IMG/VR virus record: IMGVR_UViG_3300025889_000130
Location: 1 to 59,302 of that record
Reading direction: 5' to 3' (one strand)
Length of the DNA stretch: 59,302 bases
Source: a virus
Lineage: Duplodnaviria > Caudoviricetes
Position 1 is the stretch's first letter. Each line of letters opens with the position of its first letter. Shown one piece after another: positions 1 through 10,827 of this stretch. The position numbers were made by a program, and so were the translations under genes. The notes beneath the pieces are model-generated. The model saw only the letters and a list, made by a program, of their open reading frames with translations. It searched no databases and had not been told where the DNA came from.

Positions 1-2
1 TA

Positions 3-653
3 TCCATTGGTTCTCATCCTGACCAATTTAACGTATTAGCATCAGAAAATCCCAAGTCAGTCAATCAAACAATAACTGAACTAAATTTTCAATCAAGCAT
101 TTTTGATAAGATGGGTTTGCCGCAAGACCTCTCTACCCCGATGAATCTTCATATTAATTGCAGCCCAAAAAACATTCACGGCAAAGTAGACGAAGATTAT
201 TTTACAAAATTAGTCGCAGAAGTAGCAGATAAATTCTACAAAAATCTTATGCGTTGTGATAAAGGAGTAATTAATCGACTTACCTCAGAAAATGAGGATC
301 GTGGTTTCTGGACTGTCAAAAATATTTTACGCTTCAACAAATATATTAAAGAAAAATACAATTTAAATATTCCTATCTGCTATGACCAACTCCACGACAA
401 ATGCAACAATGAAGGTTTAAATAATAATTTATTAAATAATGCAAAATTATGCAAAGCTACATGGCCTGAAGGCGTTACCCCCGTCTTTCATTGGAGCGAA
501 GGCAAGTCAGATAAGCCTCGTTCTCATGCCGATTACGTTGCCGATGGAAATTTTCCATTTGACATAGATGTAATTCAAGAACTTGAAGTAAAAGCCAAGG
601 ACAAAGCCATTGTTAGGCTCAAAGAGCAAATGGCTATGGCAGGAGTTAATTAA
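3..653 (+). CDS. uvsE: UV-damage endonuclease (UvsE/UvdE family), 5' truncated by window edge
   Basis: Frame is open from position 3 (SIGSHPDQFNVLAS...) into the 111..653 ORF; family motifs HPDQF, SENED, HWS, HAD and EVKAKDKA. Confidence 0.85.
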   Translation, partial: SIGSHPDQFNVLASENPKSVNQTITELNFQSSIFDKMGLPQDLSTPMNLHINCSPKNIHGKVDEDYFTKLVAEVADKFYKNLMRCDKGVINRLTSENEDRGFWTVKNILRFNKYIKEKYNLNIPICYDQLHDKCNNEGLNNNLLNNAKLCKATWPEGVTPVFHWSEGKSDKPRSHADYVADGNFPFDIDVIQELEVKAKDKAIVRLKEQMAMAGVN

Positions 654-705
654 TTTTTTTAAAAAAAGATTTGACAGTTTGAAAAATTCCCTCATACTGG
701 AGGGC

Positions 706-948
706 ATGATTAAAACTATAAATGCTTATGACTGGATTGCTGATGTTGACTTGGCAATCGAACGACACAAACAAGGCTTGACTTCTGAAAAAAAGAAAGG
801 CATGATGGTTTATCTTGACAAGAGCACTCCAGTTCTTGTACAATATGCGGATAAAAAATCATTTAACAAAGCAAAATCAGTATCCAAACGAGCAGGTCAA
901 TCTTCCTGTCTTAGAAATGTGCTGGATGCTGGAGGAAGATTACAATAA
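706..948 (+). CDS. hypothetical protein (leaderless start MIKTIN)
   Basis: TTGACA(671)-N16-CATACT(693), with ATG 7 nt downstream. Confidence 0.6.
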   Translation: MIKTINAYDWIADVDLAIERHKQGLTSEKKKGMMVYLDKSTPVLVQYADKKSFNKAKSVSKRAGQSSCLRNVLDAGGRLQ

Positions 949-1072
949 AAAACATTTAATAAAACTACTATGACAAAATACACATACGACTCATATACGA
1001 TGACATACTGGTTCCAACGGGAGGACGGAGAATGGGACGAAGTTCTGGAAATTCCAGAAAGTGAAAAAAGTG

Positions 1073-1137
1073 TTGACACACACTAAAAAAATGTCAGACT
1101 GATACACGAAATTGACACTAACACTAATTACTGATTA
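1073..1137 (+). repeat. duplicated rIIA promoter/leader, copy 1 (copy 2 at 1921-1998)
   Basis: TTGAC...AAAAAAATGTCAGACTGATAC...CTAACACTAA...TTACTGATTA occurs on both sides of the HNH gene. Confidence 0.75.
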
Positions 1138-1863
1138 CTCAAACTTATTACTTTTTGACATATTTTCTTCAGCCCACAATGGTTGCAGGTTAGTATAGTG
1201 ATTAGCTTGCCAAGGATCGTCAGAATGTTTAATGTACCAATCAATAGGTTTTATATGGTCAATATGCCATCCATCAAATCCATGATTTTCCCAAGACATT
1301 CCTTCTTGCCATTGTGACTCTATATGAACTTTAAATTCTTCAAGTGAGCAACCAAGATACTCTAAAGATGTTTTACCCTTTTTTACCCTGACTCTTCGTG
1401 CAATTTTTGCGACACTATTCCTAATAGCACAAGATAATTTAAATAATTCATCCGTGTCATATTTTTTCTTACGATATTCATTATGGCGTAAATAAATTTT
1501 CTCTCTATTGTTTTTTAAGTAATTTCGCCCTTTTGCTTTAACTTTTTCGAGATTTCTTTCGTGCCATCTTTTTTTAATTGCATTAGACTTTTCCCTATTG
1601 TTTTCAGCCCATTCTTGATTTTGTTTGTTTATTTTTTCTTTATTATTAATATAATACTCTTTTTTTGTCTGCTTTGCTCTCTCAGGATTTTCGTCTCTCC
1701 ATTTTTTTGCCCTCGCAAGCTCCACTTCTCTATTTGCTAGAAAATTCGCTTTTCGACAATCTTTACATTGAGGGTACAGGCCATCTTTTCTTTGTTTATC
1801 TTTACCGAATTTATCAAGAGGTTTACTCTCGCCACATTTTGAACATTTTTTACAATTACTCAT
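1135..1863 (-). CDS. HNH homing endonuclease with N-terminal CxxC zinc ribbon
   Basis: N-terminal CSKC...CKDC; C-terminal LGCS..EF..HIE..W..GMSWENHG..WHIDHIKP...NHYTNLQPLW..EN. Confidence 0.85.
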   Translation of the reverse strand: MSNCKKCSKCGESKPLDKFGKDKQRKDGLYPQCKDCRKANFLANREVELARAKKWRDENPERAKQTKKEYYINNKEKINKQNQEWAENNREKSNAIKKRWHERNLEKVKAKGRNYLKNNREKIYLRHNEYRKKKYDTDELFKLSCAIRNSVAKIARRVRVKKGKTSLEYLGCSLEEFKVHIESQWQEGMSWENHGFDGWHIDHIKPIDWYIKHSDDPWQANHYTNLQPLWAEENMSKSNKFE

Positions 1864-1997
1864 ATTTTATATTACACAAAAACAGATGACGTTGGATTTG
1901 TTATTTTTTTTAAAAAAGGGTTGACTTGCCCCAAAAAAATGTCAGACTGATACCTGAAAATTAAAACTAACACTAACACTAAAACTGATTACTGATT

Positions 1998-4208
1998 ATG
2001 ATCGCTCAACAAAAAACACACACTCTGGTACGTTCTCACGATTTTGAGGAATCTGAATTTGGCATTAATGCTGAAGATGTATCGCACGTAATTCACCTTC
2101 TTAGGAATCAAATTTATTCCAATAAAACTCTGGCAGTCATTAGGGAATATACTACAAATGCTGTTGATGCTCACGTAGAATCTGGCAAGCCAAATTTGCC
2201 CATTCAGGTTACTCTTCCTACAAAATTTGAGCCAACCTTTAAAGTTCGTGACTTTGGTTCAGGCTTGAATCACGAAGAAATTAAAAATCTTTATACTAGA
2301 TACTGTAAATCCACAAAACGTCAATCAAATTCTTTTACTGGTCAGCTAGGTATTGGTTGCAAGGCTGGATTTGCTTATGGAGACAGTTTCGGCATTGTTT
2401 CTTACTGCAATGGTATTAAAAATACATATAATGCCCAAGTTGATGAATCAGCTAAAGGCAAAGTAATTCTTTTAGATTCTTCTCCCACTACCGAGCCTAG
2501 TGGCATGGAAATTATAATTTCAGTAGCAGATTCAGATGTCAATACATTCAGAACTGAATCATTGGAATTATTTAGCTTTTTTAAAGTTAAGCCAGATGTT
2601 AAAAATCTTGGCGAAGATCAAATAAAAGAAAAATCTATTTGTTTGCAAGGTGATTGCTGGACGCTATATAAAGAAGATTTACATTATTCATATGGTCGCA
2701 ATCTTCATGCTACCGCAATTATGGGCAATATTGGTTATCCGATTAATGTCAATAATATTAAAAATTCCCCAAAAGAAATTGAACGGTTGTGCAGTTCTTC
2801 AAATCTTTATGTCGAGTTTGACATTGGAGAACTAAGTATCGCCCCAAGTCGTGAAGCGTTGGAATATACAAAAGCGACCCAAGAAGCAATTATACAAAAA
2901 ATGTTGGAAGTCAAATCCGACCTCGAAAAGATAGCATCAGAAAAACTATCAAGCTCAAGTGATCTTTATGAAGCGAAATGCAATTACTCCATTGTTATAA
3001 ATAGTTTGCCTTGGGACATTCAGTTTGCTTTGAAAAGTTCATTTACTTGGAACGGAATAAAAATTTTAAATCATCAATTCAACAAACCTGATAGTGTATC
3101 TTGGAGATCTCCAGAAGTAACATTAAAAATGTACTCTAAGGAAGAAGATTCAAAAAACCCAGATGGTTTTAGATTAAAAAACTCAATTCAATATAATGTA
3201 AATGCACACAAAACTAATTTAATTGCTATTAATGATTGCGAGTCTTCTCATGGTCTAGCGTTGCGAGCAAGGACTATCTTTAAGCAGAACCCAGGCTTGA
3301 AGAATATTTATGTATATGCTTTCAAAGATGATAGTTGGAAAGAAAAAACATTTAAGTATAATAATTTTGATAAAGTAAGCGACAAGCATCTTGTATATCT
3401 TTCAAATTTTGAAAAATCAAAAACCAATTCTCCTTCAAAGGGAACTGGTAAAGGTAAGGGTTCTCGTCAAAACGTACAACTTTTCGAGTTGAGGAATACT
3501 CATATAAATACTCAAGACGACTGGATTAGCGTAGATGATAACAATTTGCCGAGCGAAGGCATTTATGTTCCAATCTATCGCTTCAAGATTGTCAATAATG
3601 ATTATTCTAGCAGTAATCTGATTTACTTAATGAATGAAATCAAAAAACATAACGGCATGGAAGCTAAAATTTATGGAGTGAGGGCTAAAGATGTCGATAA
3701 GTTAGACAGTTCAAAGTGGATGCACTTCGATACTTGGCTGAATAAAAACATCAAAAAAATTATTACAGTATCAGATTGCAATCAATATGCCAAAGAAAAA
3801 GCTCAAATTGAAATTCAAATGAAAAATGATTTTCTGGAATGTGTAAAATTTACTAATCTAGTATCTTCCGACATCCTAGAAGATAATAACATCATTAAAA
3901 GAATAGTCAATTTTATGCCTACTCGTAATAAAAATGGGCGTTTTGTAAAATTCACTAAATTAGATGATCTGATTTATGCCTTAAAGTTGATTAGTGGCGA
4001 AAAATACAATGATTCTTATATTAAAAATCGTGCCACTATTACTTTAGAACTAACGCCAGAAGAAGCTGAGGAAGGACTAGAGGAATATCCGATTATAAAA
4101 TATCTTAGATTTTGCTCGTGGAATCAATCACAATCGGACTACGTGGACTATATTCAATATATCAACCAAATAGACCAATTAAAAAAATTTAATCAGTCAT
4201 TAGTGTAA
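1998..4208 (+). CDS. rIIA: rIIA-like protein (GHKL/HATPase N-terminus)
   Basis: IYSNKTLAVIREYTTNAVDAH, VRDFGSGL, STKR and GQLGIGCK motifs; adjacent to rIIB. Confidence 0.9.
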   Translation: MIAQQKTHTLVRSHDFEESEFGINAEDVSHVIHLLRNQIYSNKTLAVIREYTTNAVDAHVESGKPNLPIQVTLPTKFEPTFKVRDFGSGLNHEEIKNLYTRYCKSTKRQSNSFTGQLGIGCKAGFAYGDSFGIVSYCNGIKNTYNAQVDESAKGKVILLDSSPTTEPSGMEIIISVADSDVNTFRTESLELFSFFKVKPDVKNLGEDQIKEKSICLQGDCWTLYKEDLHYSYGRNLHATAIMGNIGYPINVNNIKNSPKEIERLCSSSNLYVEFDIGELSIAPSREALEYTKATQEAIIQKMLEVKSDLEKIASEKLSSSSDLYEAKCNYSIVINSLPWDIQFALKSSFTWNGIKILNHQFNKPDSVSWRSPEVTLKMYSKEEDSKNPDGFRLKNSIQYNVNAHKTNLIAINDCESSHGLALRARTIFKQNPGLKNIYVYAFKDDSWKEKTFKYNNFDKVSDKHLVYLSNFEKSKTNSPSKGTGKGKGSRQNVQLFELRNTHINTQDDWISVDDNNLPSEGIYVPIYRFKIVNNDYSSSNLIYLMNEIKKHNGMEAKIYGVRAKDVDKLDSSKWMHFDTWLNKNIKKIITVSDCNQYAKEKAQIEIQMKNDFLECVKFTNLVSSDILEDNNIIKRIVNFMPTRNKNGRFVKFTKLDDLIYALKLISGEKYNDSYIKNRATITLELTPEEAEEGLEEYPIIKYLRFCSWNQSQSDYVDYIQYINQIDQLKKFNQSLV

Positions 4209-4215
4209 TCATCAA

Positions 4216-4255
4216 GGTAGTCAGAGGGATAAAACCCTCTGGCTACCACTTTTTT
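4216..4255 (+). terminator. intrinsic terminator
   Basis: GGTAGTCAGAGGG/CCCTCTGGCTACC stem followed by a T-run, just after the rIIA stop. Confidence 0.7.
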
Positions 4256-4325
4256 CAAAAAAAGATTTGACAGAACCCGAAAAATCCAATATATTCAAGC
4301 CTTAACAATCAAATTAGGAATAAAA

Positions 4326-5354
4326 ATGAAAAAACTAGCATATAACCTTGGTGAAAATTCAGTCACTATCTTCAATGATGGACAAGTTCGTACTGTTCGT
4401 CGTGAGAATGTAAATTTCCCTCAAGTTCGTCAAGCCTTACTGGATGGAAATTATGATAAAGTTCTTAAACTTATGGATTCCAAAAGTGCCATTGAGGACT
4501 ACACTCTTGGCAATATCGAAATCAAAGATGGCGAAGTCTATTACAATCATTCAAATGGCGAATCAGAAAAACTTCATGGGGTTGTAGTAGATAAGTTGCT
4601 ATCATTAATGAGGGAAGGAATCAAAGATCCATCTCCATTATTTAATTTTATTGAAAGATTGCTAGACAATCCATCAAAACATTCTGTCGAACAGTTGTAT
4701 AATTTTCTTAATTATAAAGAATTGCCTATTGATCCAGATGGGTATGTGATCGCTTACAAAGGTGTTCGTGATGATTATAAAGATAAATACTCTGGAAAAT
4801 TTGATAATAGCGTAGGTCAAGTCCTAGAAATGAAAAGGCGTGATGTAGATGATAACCCAGAAGTGGGTTGTAGTTACGGATTCCATGCGGGGTCGTTCGA
4901 TTATGCCGACTGCTACAGCAATCACGATGGTAGGCTTATGGTTGTGCGTTTTGATCCAAAGGATGCCGTAAGTGTCCCAAATGATTCCCAATTTCAAAAA
5001 TTGCGAGTATGTAAGTATGAAGTAATTGGAGAAATTACTGAAGGTCGCAAGGAATGGGAAAAGCCTGTTTATGTTGACGAAGATTATGACTATGATTCCG
5101 ATTGGGATGAAGATTACGAAGATGAAGATAGTGAAGATTGGGACGATGAAGTCAGCACCAATGTCCTGATCGTGAGGAATTATGTTGAAAATCGCCTTGA
5201 CGAAGGGATTAATCCAACAGTAAAACAAGTTCAATCTCGAATGAAGGGTATTGAAATCTCTACCAAGGAAATCATTGAGATTGTTGAACGCCTTGGATAT
5301 ACAGTCGAAGAGATTAAGGGCAAGAAGAAGAATCGTTCAGAAATTTATTCCTAA
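4326..5354 (+). CDS. rIIB: rIIB-like protein
   Basis: AYKGVRDDYKD, FDNSVG, RRDVDDNP..CS.GFHAGS and P.D.VSVP.D...KLRVCKY motifs. Confidence 0.9.
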   Translation: MKKLAYNLGENSVTIFNDGQVRTVRRENVNFPQVRQALLDGNYDKVLKLMDSKSAIEDYTLGNIEIKDGEVYYNHSNGESEKLHGVVVDKLLSLMREGIKDPSPLFNFIERLLDNPSKHSVEQLYNFLNYKELPIDPDGYVIAYKGVRDDYKDKYSGKFDNSVGQVLEMKRRDVDDNPEVGCSYGFHAGSFDYADCYSNHDGRLMVVRFDPKDAVSVPNDSQFQKLRVCKYEVIGEITEGRKEWEKPVYVDEDYDYDSDWDEDYEDEDSEDWDDEVSTNVLIVRNYVENRLDEGINPTVKQVQSRMKGIEISTKEIIEIVERLGYTVEEIKGKKKNRSEIYS

Positions 5355-5371
5355 ATTGTATGTGTTATTCG

Positions 5372-5403
5372 AGAAGAGGGGGAGAAATCCCCCTCTTCTT
5401 TTT
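5372..5403 (+). terminator. intrinsic terminator
   Basis: AGAAGAGGGGG/CCCCCTCTTCT stem followed by a T-run. Confidence 0.65.
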
Positions 5404-5409
5404 AATTCA

Positions 5410-5748
5410 ATGATACTTAAAAACATAAAAAGTTATTTATATTACTCTTATTTTCAAGAGGCTCATTTTGTAGCAATAGATAACCTCCCTCCAATTTTGC
5501 CAAAATTATTTGCCATTACGGATAAGGATGAAGTTTTAGTGACAATGCCATACTTTGATTTATTCAAGCAAGATTTTAAAAATATATCTTTCAGTCAAAG
5601 CAGTTTATTCGCCGCCTCAAAAATTAATGATTATATTGAAGTAGAAGATTTAGAAAAAGTTAGCCGCAAAATAAGATTTTTCAAATTGCATAACATGATG
5701 ACAGATAATTATAAAAAGTTTTTAATGAAAGAATATCAAACTTTCTGA
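5410..5748 (+). CDS. hypothetical protein
   Basis: In-frame ATG at 5410, just after the terminator. Confidence 0.5.
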   Translation: MILKNIKSYLYYSYFQEAHFVAIDNLPPILPKLFAITDKDEVLVTMPYFDLFKQDFKNISFSQSSLFAASKINDYIEVEDLEKVSRKIRFFKLHNMMTDNYKKFLMKEYQTF

Positions 5749-5802
5749 ACCAGAAAGTTGTTTTATCATTGATTATTTTTTAGATTATGGAATAATTGAA
5801 GC

Positions 5803-6978
5803 ATGAAAAAATTACCTACCTTATATAAAAAAGACACAAAAGGCAAAATAAGAGAATGGACAATTTGCGTCCATCAAAATAAATTTTGGACAGAGGGAGG
5901 CATACATGGAATGAAGATGAATATCGCCAAGCCAACTACTTGCGTTGCAAAAAATATTGGATGCAGTAATGAGACATCACCAGAACAACAAGCTGAAGCT
6001 GAAGCTCAAGCAAAATGGGAAAAGAAATTACGTTCGGGGTATTTTACTAATATAAATGACATAGATGATAAAAAATTCTATGAACCAATGTTGGCGCAAA
6101 ATTATAAAGACAGGGTTAATGAAATAAAGTTTCCTGTTTATAGCCAACAAAAATTAGATGGAATCCGTTGTATTATTAGATTAGAAGCAGATGAAGTTGT
6201 AGCCAGGACAAGGAACGGCAAAATCATTGAGCCAATTCCTCACATAATTAATAATTTAAAAAGTTTTTTCCAAGCAAATGAGAGTGCTATCTTGGATGGC
6301 GAACTATATAATCACGAATTAAAAGACAATTTTAACAAAATAACATCTTTGGTCAGGAAGCAAAAACCCGTCAAAACAAAGAATGACGACGAAAAATCAT
6401 TTCAAAAGAAACAAGATAATTGGATAAAATCTTTAGAAGAATCAGAATCTATGATCCAATATTGGATTTATGATTGCCCCAAAATAATGTCAGTCAAAGA
6501 AAGTGTGCCATTTAGCTTGAGGTTTAATACATTAAAAAATCTTTTAAAAGAAAAAGACTGCATTAAGTTTGTGCCAACTGTTGAAATTGATAGCACCAAA
6601 TCATTGAATGCCGTTTATCAAGATTATTTACGTGACGGGTTTGAAGGTCAAATGGTTAGGCTTGATATGCCCTATGAGCAGAAACGCTCCACATCTTTAT
6701 TAAAGCGTAAAGAATTTATTGATGCCGAGTATAAAGTGATTGATATTGAAGAAGGAAATGGCAATAGACAAGGTACAGCCAAAAATTTAGTATTGATTGA
6801 CGGCAAAACAAAAAGACAATTTCATTCAAATATAAAAGGTAATTTTGAATTTTTAAGAGATATATTAGATAATAAAGAAAAATACATTGGCAAAATGGCA
6901 ACAATCAAATTTTTTGAATATACTCCAGATGGAATACCCAGATTTCCATTTGCGATTGGATTCAGAGATTATGAGTAA
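5803..6978 (+). CDS. lig: ATP-dependent DNA ligase
   Basis: PMLA, QKLDGIRC (KxDG), LDGELY, FEGQMVR, LLKRKEF and GIPRFP motifs. Confidence 0.95.
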   Translation: MKKLPTLYKKDTKGKIREWTICVHQNKFWTEGGIHGMKMNIAKPTTCVAKNIGCSNETSPEQQAEAEAQAKWEKKLRSGYFTNINDIDDKKFYEPMLAQNYKDRVNEIKFPVYSQQKLDGIRCIIRLEADEVVARTRNGKIIEPIPHIINNLKSFFQANESAILDGELYNHELKDNFNKITSLVRKQKPVKTKNDDEKSFQKKQDNWIKSLEESESMIQYWIYDCPKIMSVKESVPFSLRFNTLKNLLKEKDCIKFVPTVEIDSTKSLNAVYQDYLRDGFEGQMVRLDMPYEQKRSTSLLKRKEFIDAEYKVIDIEEGNGNRQGTAKNLVLIDGKTKRQFHSNIKGNFEFLRDILDNKEKYIGKMATIKFFEYTPDGIPRFPFAIGFRDYE

Positions 6979-7060
6979 ATCATTAGCTAATTTAAAATAA
7001 AAAACCCCCCAATAAAAATATAATTACAAAACAATTACCAAATATATTATAAATTAATAA

Positions 7061-7276
7061 ATGAAACAAGAAATGCTAAACCAAAGATATTGTGTCTACG
7101 ATAAGAAGGGAGTCTTTGCTACTTCTTACAATTTAGCCCTTGGAGCCTCCTTAGCCCTTAAATACGCTAAGATTGCCGCTGAAAGCCTAGAAGGAAATTA
7201 TCTCCTTGAGGATTCCAGCGTATCACCCACGACCCTACCTCCAGGCATACTTTCCCAAATGGATACCGATAGCTAA
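7061..7276 (+). CDS. hypothetical protein
   Basis: ORF with ATG start after an AT-rich intergenic region. Confidence 0.45.
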   Translation: MKQEMLNQRYCVYDKKGVFATSYNLALGASLALKYAKIAAESLEGNYLLEDSSVSPTTLPPGILSQMDTDS

Positions 7277-7521
7277 AAACATTTCATTTATATATTATAT
7301 CCCATAAAGAACATTATATAAGACAAATACAAAAAGTATATATTATATAATAATATATAAAGTATTAAAATTAAAAATTGATGGTGATTTTTAAGACCAC
7401 CGCTAATTAAATATCTTTTTTTATACGATCAATTCAAAAATTTCAAAAAATAAATCTTTACTTTTGTTTTTTTTCTGATATATTCTTTTATATAACAATC
7501 AAAAAAGGAATAAAAAATCAA

Positions 7522-7806
7522 ATGAATATAAAAATCGGAAACTATCGCATACAAAAAGTAGATGAATTAAATTTGATGGTTGAGAATTACAGGGTTGCGA
7601 ATTTGAGCAAGAATCCATTGATTGCCGCCAAACAATCGCATGAAAAAAAGTGGCATTTTATTGGTTATTATGATAGGTTAGAACTGGCGTTAAATAAAAT
7701 TGTGACGCATAGTTTGATCAATGAAGAGATTGATAGCGCAAATAATTTGATAGAAAAAATTAAAGAATTGCGCCAATCCATAAAAGATGCAATCCCCACA
7801 ACATAA
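7522..7806 (+). CDS. hypothetical phage protein
   Basis: ORF preceded by AAGGA; W.F.GYY..LE.AL pattern. Confidence 0.6.
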   Translation: MNIKIGNYRIQKVDELNLMVENYRVANLSKNPLIAAKQSHEKKWHFIGYYDRLELALNKIVTHSLINEEIDSANNLIEKIKELRQSIKDAIPTT

Positions 7807-8137
7807 CGAGCATCTGACTGCTGGCCTGGGCGGTAGTGGTTCTGAAAAGTCCATTGCCGTCCCGCCAGCTAATTCGATAAAATATTTAATAATAACAGTT
7901 TTATTATCAATATCACCATTGATTTGCGCCCTATATTATCAGCAAATAAAATTAAACAAACAAGAAAAAGTATATATTCAATTATTAGAGAAACTTAATA
8001 ATAAAGAAAATTTAACAAAACAAGAAGAGGCAACAATAGAAGAAATAAAAGAGAAATTAAATATAATGCCTCCAAATAAAGCAGAAGTAAAACAAACAAA
8101 TAAAAAAACTTATAAAAAAAGAGCATGGCATAATTAA
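7787..8137 (+). CDS. membrane-anchored coiled-coil protein
   Basis: Hydrophobic stretch YLIITVLLSISPLICALYY followed by a coiled coil. Confidence 0.5.
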   Translation: MQSPQHNEHLTAGLGGSGSEKSIAVPPANSIKYLIITVLLSISPLICALYYQQIKLNKQEKVYIQLLEKLNNKENLTKQEEATIEEIKEKLNIMPPNKAEVKQTNKKTYKKRAWHN

Positions 8138-8511
8138 TTAATTTTAATAAATTTTTAGTAAATTTGGCTGGTTTTTATAAATTTTCACAAATAAACAGTT
8201 TTTTTTGTGAAATTTGGCTCGCCGCCGCATTTTCAGAATCCTGCTAATAGAGCGGATCTTATATATTTTTTCCTAAGGGCAAATACAAAATATTTTTAAT
8301 AAAATAAAAAGGTTCAAAAATAGCAAAAATAAGAATTGACTTGGCCTACAGTTTTTGCGATAATATGCAAATAATATGACAAAAGAATTAGCCCTAGATC
8401 ATTATCTGCGACATTGGTTCGGCCAATTTACAAAGCAGGAAATAAAAGATTGGGTAGATGGCAAAATAGATATGCTCGAAATATTAGAGAAAAAAGAGAA
8501 GACTGCGAAAT

Positions 8512-8973
8512 ATGCAAAATCCAAATAAGTTAATTGCACTATTATTTTTATCTGGCTGCGCCACGCCAAATAACAATATTACAGTTGATAATTTAATTGA
8601 ACAAATAAATGAGATAAATAAGCCAATCGTAGTTGAATCAAATAAAACATATTATCAAGCATACGATGTTAATTACCCGAATGTATCACCTGTTTTTCTA
8701 ACAAAGGATGAAGCGGAGCAATATTCAATTGATAATAATTTTACAGATAATGACTATCCAACTGGACACAATTATATTGTGCGCCCCATTCATCACCGAT
8801 ACGAAATTTATTTAAAAAATGATGCATCTAATGATCTACTCTATGAAAGCAATTCATTTGATATTGCCGAAGAATATGTAGATTTTTATAAAGACTCACA
8901 TAGTGATATGTATATCTACGATTTAATTGAACAAAAATATTTAACAAATAAATATGAACTATTTACCAGATAA
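8512..8973 (+). CDS. putative lipoprotein
   Basis: Signal peptide with lipobox LSGC (KLIALLFLSGC). Confidence 0.6.
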   Translation: MQNPNKLIALLFLSGCATPNNNITVDNLIEQINEINKPIVVESNKTYYQAYDVNYPNVSPVFLTKDEAEQYSIDNNFTDNDYPTGHNYIVRPIHHRYEIYLKNDASNDLLYESNSFDIAEEYVDFYKDSHSDMYIYDLIEQKYLTNKYELFTR

Positions 8974-9070
8974 AGTATTTTTACTTGGATGTTCTTTTGT
9001 AATAATTATTTTTATACTTCAATCATGCGGAGTATTAGATAGTTTTAAATAATCAAATAATCAAATAATC

Positions 9071-9325
9071 ATGCCACACTATTTCACAACCCGTAAACAA
9101 ATAATTATTAAAGATGTACCAGAAGACCAAGCCGACTATTATGCTACGGAAGAAGCATTGATTGATTTTGGCAATGGGGTAGAATATAAAGTTTCTAATT
9201 GGGAACATGAAAGTTCTGAACAAAGTTCTTTCCTTCATTGCCTTGAGCTTCTTGAAAAGGCTAGAGCAATTGAAGTTGTAGATACTCGAACAAAAAGCCC
9301 AGTTTTATTTGAAAATTGCAAATAA
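9071..9325 (+). CDS. hypothetical protein
   Basis: ORF collinear with its neighbours. Confidence 0.55.
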   Translation: MPHYFTTRKQIIIKDVPEDQADYYATEEALIDFGNGVEYKVSNWEHESSEQSSFLHCLELLEKARAIEVVDTRTKSPVLFENCK

Positions 9326-9472
9326 TGAGTTTATAATAAGTAGTTGTGGTCTTGCTGGACTACACGAAACTAAATTTCGCTGACGAGCGATGACTCAAAT
9401 ATAGTCGCCCTCTTCCTACCTGTCCCCACAAACTCTCCCCACAGGAAGGGGGCGGCTTCTAATTTTTAAAAA

Positions 9473-9694
9473 ATGAAATACAAAGCAATATTATACCATA
9501 CAAAATTTTTTGACCCAAATAAAGTAATAACTGATGCTCTCTGGGATGGAAGCACAAAACCAGTCACTCAACCAGCAGACGTAGCTTACTTTCCTACAAA
9601 AAGATATAAAATAGCAGAACAATATTTTTTTGAACAAAAGGAATGGAAACAAGATGGCAATTTCCATATTGAATTTGAAGAAGTCGAAGATTAA
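9473..9694 (+). CDS. hypothetical protein
   Basis: ORF collinear with its neighbours. Confidence 0.5.
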   Translation: MKYKAILYHTKFFDPNKVITDALWDGSTKPVTQPADVAYFPTKRYKIAEQYFFEQKEWKQDGNFHIEFEEVED

Positions 9695-9906
9695 CCCAAC
9701 TTACTCAAATAATCTTTTTCTTTTTCTTGTTCTTTTAATTCGTTTATTTTATTTTGCAGTATAATAATTTTATATATTGATTCCTGGCGAGAATTTAATT
9801 CGTCAATTTGTCTTTGTTGTTTTTCCACAACACAATAGGATACAATATTTAATAAAGTTAATGCGCCAAATAAAAGAGTGATGGTCAGCTTTTTGTATTT
9901 GCTCAT
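9691..9906 (-). CDS. small membrane protein with coiled coil (MSKYKKL...)
   Basis: TM helix; GTGTA-N9-ATG late-promoter-like motif upstream on the minus strand. Confidence 0.55.
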   Translation of the reverse strand: MSKYKKLTITLLFGALTLLNIVSYCVVEKQQRQIDELNSRQESIYKIIILQNKINELKEQEKEKDYLSKLG

Positions 9907-9935
9907 ATAATATAATACACATTTTTGTAAGGTTA

Positions 9936-10319
9936 ATGAACCTGCGCCAAATAAACAGATTAATCGATATTGCCCAAGGGATAAGCATTGATAAACAAAT
10001 AAACAAAAGAACAAGGCATTATGCTTTTATATTAAATAAGAATAAAATAATTAGTATTGGAACAAACAGTTTAAAGACTCATCCAAAAGTAATAAAATAT
10101 AATTATCATAAAAATGCTGGCATACATGCTGAGTTGGCGGCAATAATTAAAAGTGGCACTTTATTTCACAAAAATAATAAGATGATTACATTTAGGTTCG
10201 ATAATTCTGGCAACCTTAATATTGGCAAACCCTGTCCTTCCTGCCAAAAATTGATTTCATCGCTAGGCTTTAAAGAGATCTGGTACTCGCAATCTTCAGG
10301 GAATTTTCAAAAATTTTAA
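9936..10319 (+). CDS. cytidine/deoxycytidylate deaminase-family protein
   Basis: HAE and PCPSC zinc-binding motifs. Confidence 0.85.
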   Translation: MNLRQINRLIDIAQGISIDKQINKRTRHYAFILNKNKIISIGTNSLKTHPKVIKYNYHKNAGIHAELAAIIKSGTLFHKNNKMITFRFDNSGNLNIGKPCPSCQKLISSLGFKEIWYSQSSGNFQKF

Positions 10320-10361
10320 AAAAAATCTTGACCTCCGTCGATTTTCTGTCATTCTGGAGTC

Positions 10362-10667
10362 ATGAAAAATTACGAAGTTACCATTAATCATGACATTTAC
10401 CACACTTACGTTGTCTCCGCAGAAAGCGTAGATGATGCCGAAGACAAGGCTATGTCTGGAGAGTATGAGTATATCAACTCGATTGAGTGCGACAGTTCGC
10501 ACATTGTCCAATGCGTAGAGTCGGTTGCACCTGCATCTTCCAACATCAAAATGACTAAAGAGCAAATGAACGAAAAAATTCGTGCGATCATCGTTAGTCA
10601 TCTATATAATTCTGAATTAGATGAAAAAAGCGCAGCAGAAGCAAAATTCATTCTTGACAACCTTTAA
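10362..10667 (+). CDS. hypothetical protein (leaderless)
   Basis: TTGACC(10328)-N16-CATTCT, with ATG 6 nt later. Confidence 0.65.
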   Translation: MKNYEVTINHDIYHTYVVSAESVDDAEDKAMSGEYEYINSIECDSSHIVQCVESVAPASSNIKMTKEQMNEKIRAIIVSHLYNSELDEKSAAEAKFILDNL

Positions 10668-10827
10668 TATATTAATTTAATGAAAATATCTGAATTAGTA
10701 GCTCAACTCATTGAACATCATTGCGAAATAGAAATAGAAGATTTATCTCGCATAGATAATTTAATTGAACAAGAAATTGTAGAAAGCAACTGTAGGCAAG
10801 CCAGGGAAAATTATTATTTAAATACTA

